DNA from: a virus | Lineage: Duplodnaviria; Caudoviricetes | IMG/VR virus record: IMGVR_UViG_3300020044_004264 | Location: 1 to 44,377 of that record | Strand: one strand, 5' to 3' | DNA: 44,377 nucleotides | Part shown: one piece after another, positions 1-7,271 of the stretch | Layout: each line of letters opens with the position of its first letter | Numbering within the stretch: position 1 is the first letter of the stretch | The notes under the pieces: model-generated | What the model was told of the DNA's origin: nothing | What the model saw: the letters and a program-made list of their open reading frames with translations, nothing else | Database searches by the model: none | Program-made: the position numbers and the translations under genes

Positions 1-193
1 TGGTTGGGGTTGGGGTTTCGAGTTTGTGATAGTACGATTTGGTTACTCCGACATAGCCGGAATTTAGGAGGTCGTGCAGCACCCGGTAGGTGTAGCGTTC
101 TTTGTTGCCCAGCAGTTCAGCGATCTGCTTGGCTCGGTATGGGCGGTCGCATAGCAACCTGTAAACCCTTACGGCATCGGAGGCTCTTCTCAT
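1..193 (-). CDS. Small HTH DNA-binding protein (3' end truncated by window edge)
   Basis: Same as complete copy at 32846-33058. Confidence 0.6.
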   Translation of the reverse strand, partial: MRRASDAVRVYRLLCDRPYRAKQIAELLGNKERYTYRVLHDLLNSGYVGVTKSYYHKLETPTPT

Positions 194-639
194 TTGAAAC
201 TAACGGCTATGGACGCTTTGGTGGCCTTGGCTGAACATACTGGAACCTGCTCGCCCGTGGATTCGTCAAAGATAGCGGTCTTCCCGGCTTGGCGAAAGGC
301 TATCTTGAGCAGTTCCTCCCTCGCTTTCATTTGTGCTTTGAGGTCGGCATACACTTCGTCTTCCTCGTAGTTAGGCGTGAGGCTCCCTTCCTTGAGGGTA
401 ATCTCTGCACCGAAGGCGGAGAAGGTCTTGCCGTGCTTGGAGGCTTCGTCGGCTACGGTCTGCTCGGTGGCCTTGATGGTGGCTTCCAAAGCCTTGACGA
501 TGGCCTTTAGTTTGATGTGGGCCTCCACCGGGTTGACCTCTCCATCATTGATTCGGTCGGTCAGTTGCTGGGCGATTTGGGCGATTTCTGCCTTGCAGAT
601 GTCGCTCTTGGGGATGGTAATTAGAGTCGGGTAGGTCAT
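190..639 (-). CDS. Hypothetical phage protein (149 aa)
   Basis: ORF conserved in copy 2 with mostly synonymous changes; ATGA overlaps with neighbours. Confidence 0.85.
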   Translation of the reverse strand: MTYPTLITIPKSDICKAEIAQIAQQLTDRINDGEVNPVEAHIKLKAIVKALEATIKATEQTVADEASKHGKTFSAFGAEITLKEGSLTPNYEEDEVYADLKAQMKAREELLKIAFRQAGKTAIFDESTGEQVPVCSAKATKASIAVSFK

Positions 640-857
640 GGTTTGGATTTGAAAGATTCGAAAAGAAAGTGAAAAGCACTAAGGTCAGCGCAATTCAATA
701 CAAAGCAAAGGTCAACTGCATCGCTAACTTTTAATTGACTGACGTAGTCGGTTTCAGTCAATACTTTAACAAGTTCTGCCCCAAGTATGGGAAATTCCTC
801 TTTGTACTCAAGGAGTTTCTTAAACTCGTCTGCGTTCATTTGTTCAAGTAGGTTCAT
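636..857 (-). CDS. Hypothetical protein (73 aa)
   Basis: Coupled ATGA overlaps; homolog at 34025-34246. Confidence 0.8.
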   Translation of the reverse strand: MNLLEQMNADEFKKLLEYKEEFPILGAELVKVLTETDYVSQLKVSDAVDLCFVLNCADLSAFHFLFESFKSKP

Positions 858-1495
858 GGTCTTGCAAGTTGGTTTTGGATGAATTGGATGCCTTTCTCAA
901 AGCGTGCAGGGGTCATGTGGTCGATGTCCTTCATATACTTGGCCTGCTGCTCCGCTGGGAGTTTGTCAAGCAATGCGAGGAAGTCAGCCTTGAGCGTTGC
1001 AGTGGTCAATTCGTCGTAGGAAGGGACCAGTCCGAGTTTGTCGTTGAGGTCCAGCAAATTGGCGTTAGCCGGATTGGTGGGGGCTGTTTTGTGCTTGCCT
1101 TTATAGACATCAATCCCAATCCCAATCCAAGAGGCGATTTTCGTGATGGCATCAGTGGTCGCTCCTTTGGCTGCGTCGCCCGGGTCGTCGTTCATAGACG
1201 AAGCGATGCACTCGTAGTAGATGTCGTGGGCAGGGATTGTGAAGACGGTCTTTAAGACTGCCGTGTATTCGGTCCTTTCTTTGCCGAATTTAGTCGTCCT
1301 TGTGGCGGATGTAATCGGACTTAACAGGTCGGTCTTAACGGACCATGCACCAACACCAAAGACTTGGTTTAGTCGCTCGGTTACGAAGATTCCCTTGATT
1401 GTTGAGAGGTTGTCTTTGGTTGGATGTGGTGCAATTGCTTCGGGTGGTAGAGGCTCGGCAATCTTGGCGAGTTGCTCCGGGGTGAGGTTTTTCAT
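854..1495 (-). CDS. Rad52/Rad22 (Sak)-like single-strand annealing protein, 213 aa
   Basis: Start MKNLTPEQ after the AAACCTCAAAACCATG motif; VTERLNQVFGVGAW and AAKGATTDAITKIASWIGIGIDVY are Rad52-type motifs. Confidence 0.8.
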   Translation of the reverse strand: MKNLTPEQLAKIAEPLPPEAIAPHPTKDNLSTIKGIFVTERLNQVFGVGAWSVKTDLLSPITSATRTTKFGKERTEYTAVLKTVFTIPAHDIYYECIASSMNDDPGDAAKGATTDAITKIASWIGIGIDVYKGKHKTAPTNPANANLLDLNDKLGLVPSYDELTTATLKADFLALLDKLPAEQQAKYMKDIDHMTPARFEKGIQFIQNQLARP

Positions 1496-1506
1496 GGTTT
1501 TGAGGT

Positions 1507-1626
1507 TTAGTTGGTTAGGAGTGCGAAGATGAACCTTCCGAAGAAGGCGATGCCGAGGCAGGCGGTCAGCAGGATGTAGCCCGTTGCGAGGGCTGCTTTG
1601 AGTGTGGCTTTGGTTTCGTGGTTCAT
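1507..1626 (-). CDS. 39-aa single-TM peptide (not in ORF track)
   Basis: MNHETKATLKAALATGYILLTACLGIAFFGRFIFALLTN; same start context; conserved at 34811-34930. Confidence 0.75.
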   Translation of the reverse strand: MNHETKATLKAALATGYILLTACLGIAFFGRFIFALLTN

Positions 1627-1652
1627 GGTTTTGAGGTTTGAGGTTAAAGAAT

Positions 1653-1671
1653 GTGCGTTGGCGAGTCGCAC
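1653..1671 (-). promoter_or_regulatory. Short hairpin (weak terminator or processing site)
   Basis: GTGCG-N9-CGCAC followed by ATTCTTT on the minus strand; retained in copy 2 although the upstream gene differs. Confidence 0.35.
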
Positions 1672-1682
1672 CCCTCGGTTGG

Positions 1683-1967
1683 TTAGAGGCTGGTATAGAG
1701 GCCCGTAACTTTGGTAAAGGTTGAAGGCAAAGAATCGAAGTACATTCCTTTGACTTCAAAAACGGGCTTAACTTCAAGGTTTTTGTATTTGCAGATTTTG
1801 ACGTCATATAAATCGGAAGAAGTCAAGGTTACATACATGATGTTGGCTTTTGGGCATCCTTTGAACTTTACGATTAGGGTGTCTTGGTCAGCAAAGCAGG
1901 TCGCTCCTGTCATTGCTAAGAATTTGTTTCCGCCAAGTGCTTTGAGGATTTCGGTTTGAGTTGTCAT
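1683..1967 (-). CDS. Hypothetical early protein (94 aa)
   Basis: ORF with conserved start context; replaced by an unrelated gene in copy 2. Confidence 0.8.
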   Translation of the reverse strand: MTTQTEILKALGGNKFLAMTGATCFADQDTLIVKFKGCPKANIMYVTLTSSDLYDVKICKYKNLEVKPVFEVKGMYFDSLPSTFTKVTGLYTSL

Positions 1968-2110
1968 GGTTTTGAGGTTTAGTGGTTGGTTTGTAAAGCA
2001 AAGATAATGCAGTCCAACCTATTTTGTGCCACCTCGTAGCAAAAAAATTATTCATCCCCCGTTTTATTGCGATTTGGGGCTATTTCCATACATTTGTACA
2101 AACCTAACCC
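1968..2110. promoter_or_regulatory. Divergent promoter region with Bacteroidota -7 elements
   Basis: TATCTTTG on minus (1999-2006) and TACATTTG on plus (2089-2096) match TAnnTTTG; region nearly identical in copy 2. Confidence 0.7.
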
Positions 2111-2368
2111 ATGCCCGAATACCACTCCCTCCGACCTGCCAAGGCCCTGACCAACGCCTTGGAACGGCTGATGATCGCCATTGACAACGCTGATCTGGAA
2201 GGCAACCACGCCCTGCTGCTGGAATATCGGAAAGCCTGCGAATTACTTGGCTATGACCCGGCCATGGCTCAATGGGCCGGGACCAAGGAGGTCCACCTAT
2301 CCAGCGGTCCCGATGTTGCCGACCCTGTTGCGGTCAACTACTTCCACAAACTAAACCCCGAAGAATGA
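2111..2368 (+). CDS. Hypothetical protein (85 aa) coupled to endolysin
   Basis: ORF conserved in copy 2; ATGA overlap with amidase. Confidence 0.8.
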   Translation: MPEYHSLRPAKALTNALERLMIAIDNADLEGNHALLLEYRKACELLGYDPAMAQWAGTKEVHLSSGPDVADPVAVNYFHKLNPEE

Positions 2369-2778
2369 GAACCATTACCCACCTCGTCGTCCATTGCACG
2401 GCCACCCCGAAGAACACGACCATTGCCTCCATCCGCAAGCATTGGAAGGAAGCCCTTGGATGGAAGTCGGTCGGCTATCACAAGATTATAGACTCAACAG
2501 GGAACGTAACGGTCTTGGCTCCTGATTCGGCTATTACCAACGGAGTGCAGGGGCATAACGCTACGAGCCTCCACGTCAGTTATATCGGAGGCAAGGATAA
2601 AGATGACCGTTCTATCGGCCAGCGTCAAGCGATTGCCGTGGTGCTGCTTGATTGGCTTAAGAAGTACCCTACCGCAAGGATATGCGGACACAGGGACTTT
2701 CCGGGCGTTACGAAAGCCTGCCCCCAGTTTAATGCCGAGAAAGAGTACGGTTACCTATACCTGACCGCTGCCGGTTAG
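2365..2778 (+). CDS. Endolysin, N-acetylmuramoyl-L-alanine amidase (T7 lysozyme-like, Amidase_2)
   Basis: VVHCTAT, GWKSVGYH, GHRDF, KACP zinc-amidase motifs. Confidence 0.92.
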   Translation: MRTITHLVVHCTATPKNTTIASIRKHWKEALGWKSVGYHKIIDSTGNVTVLAPDSAITNGVQGHNATSLHVSYIGGKDKDDRSIGQRQAIAVVLLDWLKKYPTARICGHRDFPGVTKACPQFNAEKEYGYLYLTAAG

Positions 2779-3659
2779 TACAACCTATCCGCAGGAGTGA
2801 AGGTGGCGTGAACTTGAAGTTCGGGACCCTTGTTGTCTTTGCTGGTATTCCGTGAGGTTTCCAGTTTCAGCCAATAGCCTCCCAAAGGCTTCGGGCCTCT
2901 TCCTCGCTCAGTATGAAAGCCCATGTAGCCTCCGTCCCATTCCTCCTTGTAAGTAGCCGTACGAAGTTGGTGAATAGGTTTTTGAATGAGGGTTTTGGTT
3001 GAGCGGTCATAGCGGTGAACTATGTTTTGGTGGTAGTATAATTCGTGGACGTGGCCCATCCAAGTCAAGTCGTAGCCTTCGGTCCCGGCAAGGAGCCTCT
3101 GATCGTGAATTACTCCGCGCGAAACCGCGCCTCCCCCACTATGCCCATGAAAATAATGCACTACGAAGTTTACGCCACGGATTGTATCGTGCAGCACTCG
3201 GATGTCAATGGTTCCACCATATCCGCCAACTTGAACCGCTGACCCTGTGGCGTAGTTGAGGGTGCTTGCGAAGCGTTGCAGGAGGTCCGTTTCTCCGTGC
3301 TTGATAATAGCGGTTTCATGGTTTCCATATCCTATCAGCAAAATGTTTTTGGCGTAGGGGGCAAACCATTCCACCGAGGTGTCCACGATAGCGTCAAAAT
3401 ATCGGTCGGTGTTGTGTTCGGGACGAATCAGGGACTTGTCAGCACGACGGTCATATTTCCCACCCATGCAGCAGTAAGTGTCGCCATTGAGTATAATGGC
3501 AGCATTCCGCTTGACGGCTTCGTCCAAGTGATTTTTCAGCAAGCCTCTATCGCAATGGGGGTTGTCCCAATGCAGGTCGCTGGCAAGCAAGAACTCCTGC
3601 CCCGATTGGCAGGTGACTTCGTGGATATTTCGGGTGTGCTTGGTGGCTGGTAGGATCAT
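2775..3659 (-). CDS. Calcineurin-like metallophosphoesterase
   Basis: SDLH, NGD, GNHE, HG and GHVH motifs. Confidence 0.85.
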   Translation of the reverse strand: MILPATKHTRNIHEVTCQSGQEFLLASDLHWDNPHCDRGLLKNHLDEAVKRNAAIILNGDTYCCMGGKYDRRADKSLIRPEHNTDRYFDAIVDTSVEWFAPYAKNILLIGYGNHETAIIKHGETDLLQRFASTLNYATGSAVQVGGYGGTIDIRVLHDTIRGVNFVVHYFHGHSGGGAVSRGVIHDQRLLAGTEGYDLTWMGHVHELYYHQNIVHRYDRSTKTLIQKPIHQLRTATYKEEWDGGYMGFHTERGRGPKPLGGYWLKLETSRNTSKDNKGPELQVHATFTPADRLY

Positions 3660-3931
3660 ACGAGGTTTTTGAGTTTGGCATTCTCGGCTTGGAGTTCATG
3701 AACCAGTTGTTCCATTTCCTCTAACCGCTGACGCAAACTTACGACCTCATTACGAAGTTGTGTTAATTCTTTGTTTTGGGACTCGCTGGTAGCCTGCCAC
3801 ATAGCGAGGACCGCTTGGGCTTGACGAACTTGCAGGGAGTCCGATTCTACACGGCCCTTGGTGAACCAAGCGACCGCTCCACCGACGATTGCTGCAACGC
3901 TCCCGACGATGGTGGTTTCGATTAGGTTCAC
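3656..3931 (-). CDS. N-terminal TM plus coiled-coil protein (lysis-associated?)
   Basis: Hydrophobic N-terminus, heptad-rich C-terminus, adjacent to holin. Confidence 0.6.
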   Translation of the reverse strand: MNLIETTIVGSVAAIVGGAVAWFTKGRVESDSLQVRQAQAVLAMWQATSESQNKELTQLRNEVVSLRQRLEEMEQLVHELQAENAKLKNLV

Positions 3932-4155
3932 TTCTTGACCTTTACTTTATCGATTGTCATCCAACCAACTGAAAGCAAGGTGATTAATGCACCAATAATC
4001 TCTTGCAAGGTTTCGGTATCCAAGAGGCCCTTGGCGACGAGGGTTCCACCGATGAAGGTTAACAGGTGGCGAAGTAGTGCGATGACGGCTGATTTCATTA
4101 GGGGTAGTTTTGGGGTTTCGGGTGTTTCGGGGTTGCGTTTGCGAAAGAGTTTCAT
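3928..4155 (-). CDS. Putative holin (2 TM)
   Basis: Two hydrophobic helices, basic C-tail KVKVKK; alternative start at 4098. Confidence 0.7.
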   Translation of the reverse strand: MKLFRKRNPETPETPKLPLMKSAVIALLRHLLTFIGGTLVAKGLLDTETLQEIIGALITLLSVGWMTIDKVKVKK

Positions 4156-4406
4156 AGCGATTTGTGTTCGTTGTAGTCGGCTGCGTACTGCTCGTCCCAG
4201 CCAAGGAAGGAGTGAACACCGCAGGGTTCGGGCCAAGTTTCGTACTTGGTCGCATCTTCAGGAGCGTCGTCCTCCCAAAGGATGTCGTAGCAGATAAAGC
4301 CATCCAAGACCCCAAGGGAAACCGCAGCGGTCGTGCCTGTGCATAGAGCCAGCACCTTGTCAGCGTCGGCCTGCTTGGGGAATGCGTACTTGCGAAAGGT
4401 AGCCAT
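4152..4406 (-). CDS. Hypothetical protein (84 aa) downstream of fibre gene
   Basis: Conserved at 37378-37632. Confidence 0.75.
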   Translation of the reverse strand: MATFRKYAFPKQADADKVLALCTGTTAAVSLGVLDGFICYDILWEDDAPEDATKYETWPEPCGVHSFLGWDEQYAADYNEHKSL

Positions 4407-4408
4407 CG

Positions 4409-5668
4409 TTAGAGGGTTGTCAGCGATTGGAGTTCTGCGTTGGTTAACTTTGTGGTGTAGAGGGCAGCAGCACGGATGCGGTCGTTGAAAAAGGCAGTCG
4501 TATCGCTGAAAGAACCAATACGAATGTCAGATAAAGCAACACTATAACTTAATGCCGTTGTGCCTGATGCAATGGCATTGCCATTGACATACAAAACGTG
4601 GCTATTATTCGAGTAAGCGAGTGCGATTTTGAATCGCCCTGCACCAAGCCCCGATGTGGCTGCTGAAAATATGTTGCTACCACCTTGTCGGATAACAGCA
4701 GAAACGTTGTTAGCGCTTGACCTCGTAAGGTAAATCGTGTTGTCAAAAGAGGCAAGTCCAATTCGTATCATATACCCCTCAATGTTTATTGCCCTAATAT
4801 CCACCTCCGCATAAATCGTTCCCTCCGTCTGCCCGATGCATCCGCTGACTGCGCCTGATAGGGTTATCACGTCTGCGTTGCGTGTTGCAGTTGTGGTTGT
4901 TGTGGGGATGTAGGAGGTTGCTACGGAGCCTGTTTCGTACTGCGCACCAAAGACATAAATGCCCGAAGTTCCATTGCCTGCGTAATCTCCAGTTAGTGCC
5001 TGATTAACATTAATACGTATAATTTCATTCGCAGCCGAAGCGGCTTTTGATATAACGCACCGATACCATCCATTGCCAAACGGCTGAATTGATGACACAA
5101 TGCCTGAGTCGGTAGAGCCGATTGTTCCACTTGCGAGATTAAATGTCGACCCAACGGTCCCAATCCTAAGCCTCCCGAAATTATACCCTGCGGCTTTCAT
5201 AAAAACCGAAAAAGTATAACTACCCGACACGGATGTAGTTGTTTGGTCAAGTCTATGCTGGTCCGATACTGCGTTCGGGACAATTAAATCAGCGACATTT
5301 GTCCCATAAGGGTCAAGCGTTCCTGTTGTGTTTATTACACTTCCACTATTAAAAGCCAACAACTGCACTGAACTCCAAGTTGTATTAAACGCCTCACTCT
5401 GCAACGCCAAGTTCGTTCCACTCGGCTCAACGAGCAACGCAGGGCATCCAGCCGTTCCACCGCTGGTGTAGTAATCCAACCTCGGAATCCCCGAAGCCAC
5501 GACCTCAATCAATCCGCTTGCGTTGACCCTTGTTGCCGTAGTTGCCCGGGTAACATTGAAGTCGCCCGATGCACCAAGAACCACACCGCCCGAAGTCGTA
5601 GCGACTGGGGTGTAAAGTTTGCCTGTCTTAAAGCGTGCAGGAACTAAAATCAGCGATGGTGTCGGCAT
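4409..5668 (-). CDS. Virion fibre/spike (putative receptor-binding) protein
   Basis: TRATTATRVN, PRLDY, LLVEP, GNGWYRC, ATSYIPT motifs; Thr/Ser/Gly-rich beta content; variable between copies. Confidence 0.75.
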   Translation of the reverse strand: MPTPSLILVPARFKTGKLYTPVATTSGGVVLGASGDFNVTRATTATRVNASGLIEVVASGIPRLDYYTSGGTAGCPALLVEPSGTNLALQSEAFNTTWSSVQLLAFNSGSVINTTGTLDPYGTNVADLIVPNAVSDQHRLDQTTTSVSGSYTFSVFMKAAGYNFGRLRIGTVGSTFNLASGTIGSTDSGIVSSIQPFGNGWYRCVISKAASAANEIIRINVNQALTGDYAGNGTSGIYVFGAQYETGSVATSYIPTTTTTATRNADVITLSGAVSGCIGQTEGTIYAEVDIRAINIEGYMIRIGLASFDNTIYLTRSSANNVSAVIRQGGSNIFSAATSGLGAGRFKIALAYSNNSHVLYVNGNAIASGTTALSYSVALSDIRIGSFSDTTAFFNDRIRAAALYTTKLTNAELQSLTTL

Positions 5669-5670
5669 TC

Positions 5671-5841
5671 TTAGAAATTGTAGATGACTGCAAATCGATT
5701 AAAGAGGCATCCATCAACGGCAGCCTCGGCAGCGGTTGCTCCGTCAGCGGTTGCTCTTGCGTTGAACAAGGCCCAAACTCCAGCAGCAACGCCACCTTGG
5801 AGCATTGATGTCGGGTAGCCGTAGCCGTAACCGATGATCAT
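5671..5841 (-). CDS. 56-aa small structural protein (not in ORF track)
   Basis: MIIGYGYGYPTSMLQGG...AVIYNF; fills the gap exactly; conserved at 38969-39139 with mostly synonymous changes. Confidence 0.8.
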   Translation of the reverse strand: MIIGYGYGYPTSMLQGGVAAGVWALFNARATADGATAAEAAVDGCLFNRFAVIYNF

Positions 5842-6116
5842 TAGAGGAAGGTGTAACCGATGACTGAACCTGCGCTTGGAGTAACGGCAGTAATCTTGCC
5901 TCCATTGCGACCGCTTATCACGATGCCAGCGGAAACGGACTTGCCACTCATAGCGTAAGCGGTTAGAAGGTTCTCGCTTCCAGTTCCGGTCAGGGTTGTG
6001 AATGTGGCTGCGGTATTGACCACCAAGAAGTCGTAGTTCTTCCCGGTAACGGCAGCATCGACAAACTCCATCGTACCGCCTTGGCCGAGCATTTGTTGCA
6101 ATATGGGTGTAGGCAT
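5841..6116 (-). CDS. Small structural protein (91 aa)
   Basis: ORF conserved in copy 2; preceded by putative late promoter. Confidence 0.75.
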   Translation of the reverse strand: MPTPILQQMLGQGGTMEFVDAAVTGKNYDFLVVNTAATFTTLTGTGSENLLTAYAMSGKSVSAGIVISGRNGGKITAVTPSAGSVIGYTFL

Positions 6117-6132
6117 TTTTTAGCGTTTAATT

Positions 6133-6160
6133 GTAAATGTCTTTTAAGTTGGAATTTCAC
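6133..6160 (-). promoter_or_regulatory. Putative late promoter GTGAAATTC-N11-ACATTTAC
   Basis: Same bipartite motif and spacing at 10344-10371; conserved in copy 2. Confidence 0.65.
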
Positions 6161-6647
6161 AAACTGAATGCCCGAACGGAATCTCAAAGGTCATCGTCGC
6201 CTGCCACCCTGCCGTGCGGTCATCCCGGCTCTCTACGAACCTCGTAAGGTTCACGGTGGACGATAGGGTCCAGTCCTCGTTCGGGTCGTTTGTAAGCGAT
6301 GATATGAAGTCCTGTGCGATTTGTAACTGGTCGCTTAGGACCTCGTCCTCGTTATCCTGCCAACCCAGCGTAGGGCTGCCCGAAACCACTCCGCCCATTG
6401 GCTTGATGGATTCCACCCGGTCGCTAAAATAGACACCGACCACAAGGTCCAAAGTCCCAGCGTCAGTACTTGCAGACTGCACGTCCGCAAAAACGAGCGG
6501 ATAGACGATGCGCTCACGGCTTGGGGTTCGCAGGTTGATGGTGTTGTCCGTGCCTACCGCAAGAGGGTCGCCCGTCCCGAACGAGTTGACCTGAGGATGA
6601 GCATTTGCAAGGTCCAAGAGAGCCTGCTTGATTTTTATCCAAGACAT
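6144..6647 (-). CDS. Probable tail terminator/neck protein
   Basis: Size, position after adaptor, YPLVF and AGWQATMTFEIP motifs. Confidence 0.55.
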   Translation of the reverse strand: MSWIKIKQALLDLANAHPQVNSFGTGDPLAVGTDNTINLRTPSRERIVYPLVFADVQSASTDAGTLDLVVGVYFSDRVESIKPMGGVVSGSPTLGWQDNEDEVLSDQLQIAQDFISSLTNDPNEDWTLSSTVNLTRFVESRDDRTAGWQATMTFEIPFGHSVCEIPT

Positions 6648-6687
6648 AGTTTTGCAATTTCAGTATGTTCTTTTTGTGCGCTCCCAT
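6514..6687 (-). CDS. 57-aa basic peptide ORF overlapping the neck gene
   Basis: MGAHKKNILKLQ..; open in both copies; differences in the non-overlapping part are mostly synonymous. Confidence 0.45.
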   Translation of the reverse strand: MGAHKKNILKLQNYVLDKNQAGSLGPCKCSSSGQLVRDGRPSCGRHGQHHQPANPKP

Positions 6688-6689
6688 CG

Positions 6690-7271
6690 TCAGCAGTCGT
6701 TACACGCCCCGAATTGACCGTAGGGGTAGGGGTAGTCAAGGTTGCTGATTCCCATCCTTCGGTTGCGGTCCAAGACCATCCCGGTTCGGTAGTTGGTTGC
6801 GTTCGGGTAGATGGTATCCAAAGCAGATGGTGGCGAGTTCCACAAGGGGTATGAATTGCGGTTCTCCATGAGGTAGCGGGTAATGCGTTCGGAGTACCAC
6901 TCGGCATCGTTCTTCACTTTGTCGGTCAGCCGGGTAATCTCTTCCATGCTCATTTGGCTTGATTCCTCGCTCGTTCTACGGACCATCCCCTTGTTCATGT
7001 ACTTGAACGCAATGACCATGGGTAACTCGTAGTAAAGCCATTGAATCATAGCCGGCTGAATGTAGTCCTCCAGCAGCGTTTGGTTGAGTGCAGACGTTGA
7101 ACCGCTGACCACTTGGGTAACCAATTCCCCATACAACGGAGAGCCTACAATCGGCTGAATCCGCATCTCTTGGACCTTGATGACCGTTGGGCGGATTTGG
7201 GTGTAACTGACGTTTTCGTTGATTATCGAGTTGTCAAGAAGCGTTTCTTCGCTTATGAATAGTGCCTTCAT
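6690..7271 (-). CDS. Head-tail adaptor/connector
   Basis: Directly downstream of portal; helical ~190-aa protein typical of Bacteroidota phage adaptors. Confidence 0.6.
   Translation of the reverse strand: MKALFISEETLLDNSIINENVSYTQIRPTVIKVQEMRIQPIVGSPLYGELVTQVVSGSTSALNQTLLEDYIQPAMIQWLYYELPMVIAFKYMNKGMVRRTSEESSQMSMEEITRLTDKVKNDAEWYSERITRYLMENRNSYPLWNSPPSALDTIYPNATNYRTGMVLDRNRRMGISNLDYPYPYGQFGACNDC

Noticed and set aside
854-1807. 317-aa ORF as listed in the track
   Set aside because: Its N-terminal ~100 aa run over a 39-aa gene, a hairpin and the 94-aa gene; the real start is 1495
4409-5668. Diversity-generating retroelement acting on the fibre
   Set aside because: No reverse transcriptase or template repeat; differences are whole-domain, not adenine-specific
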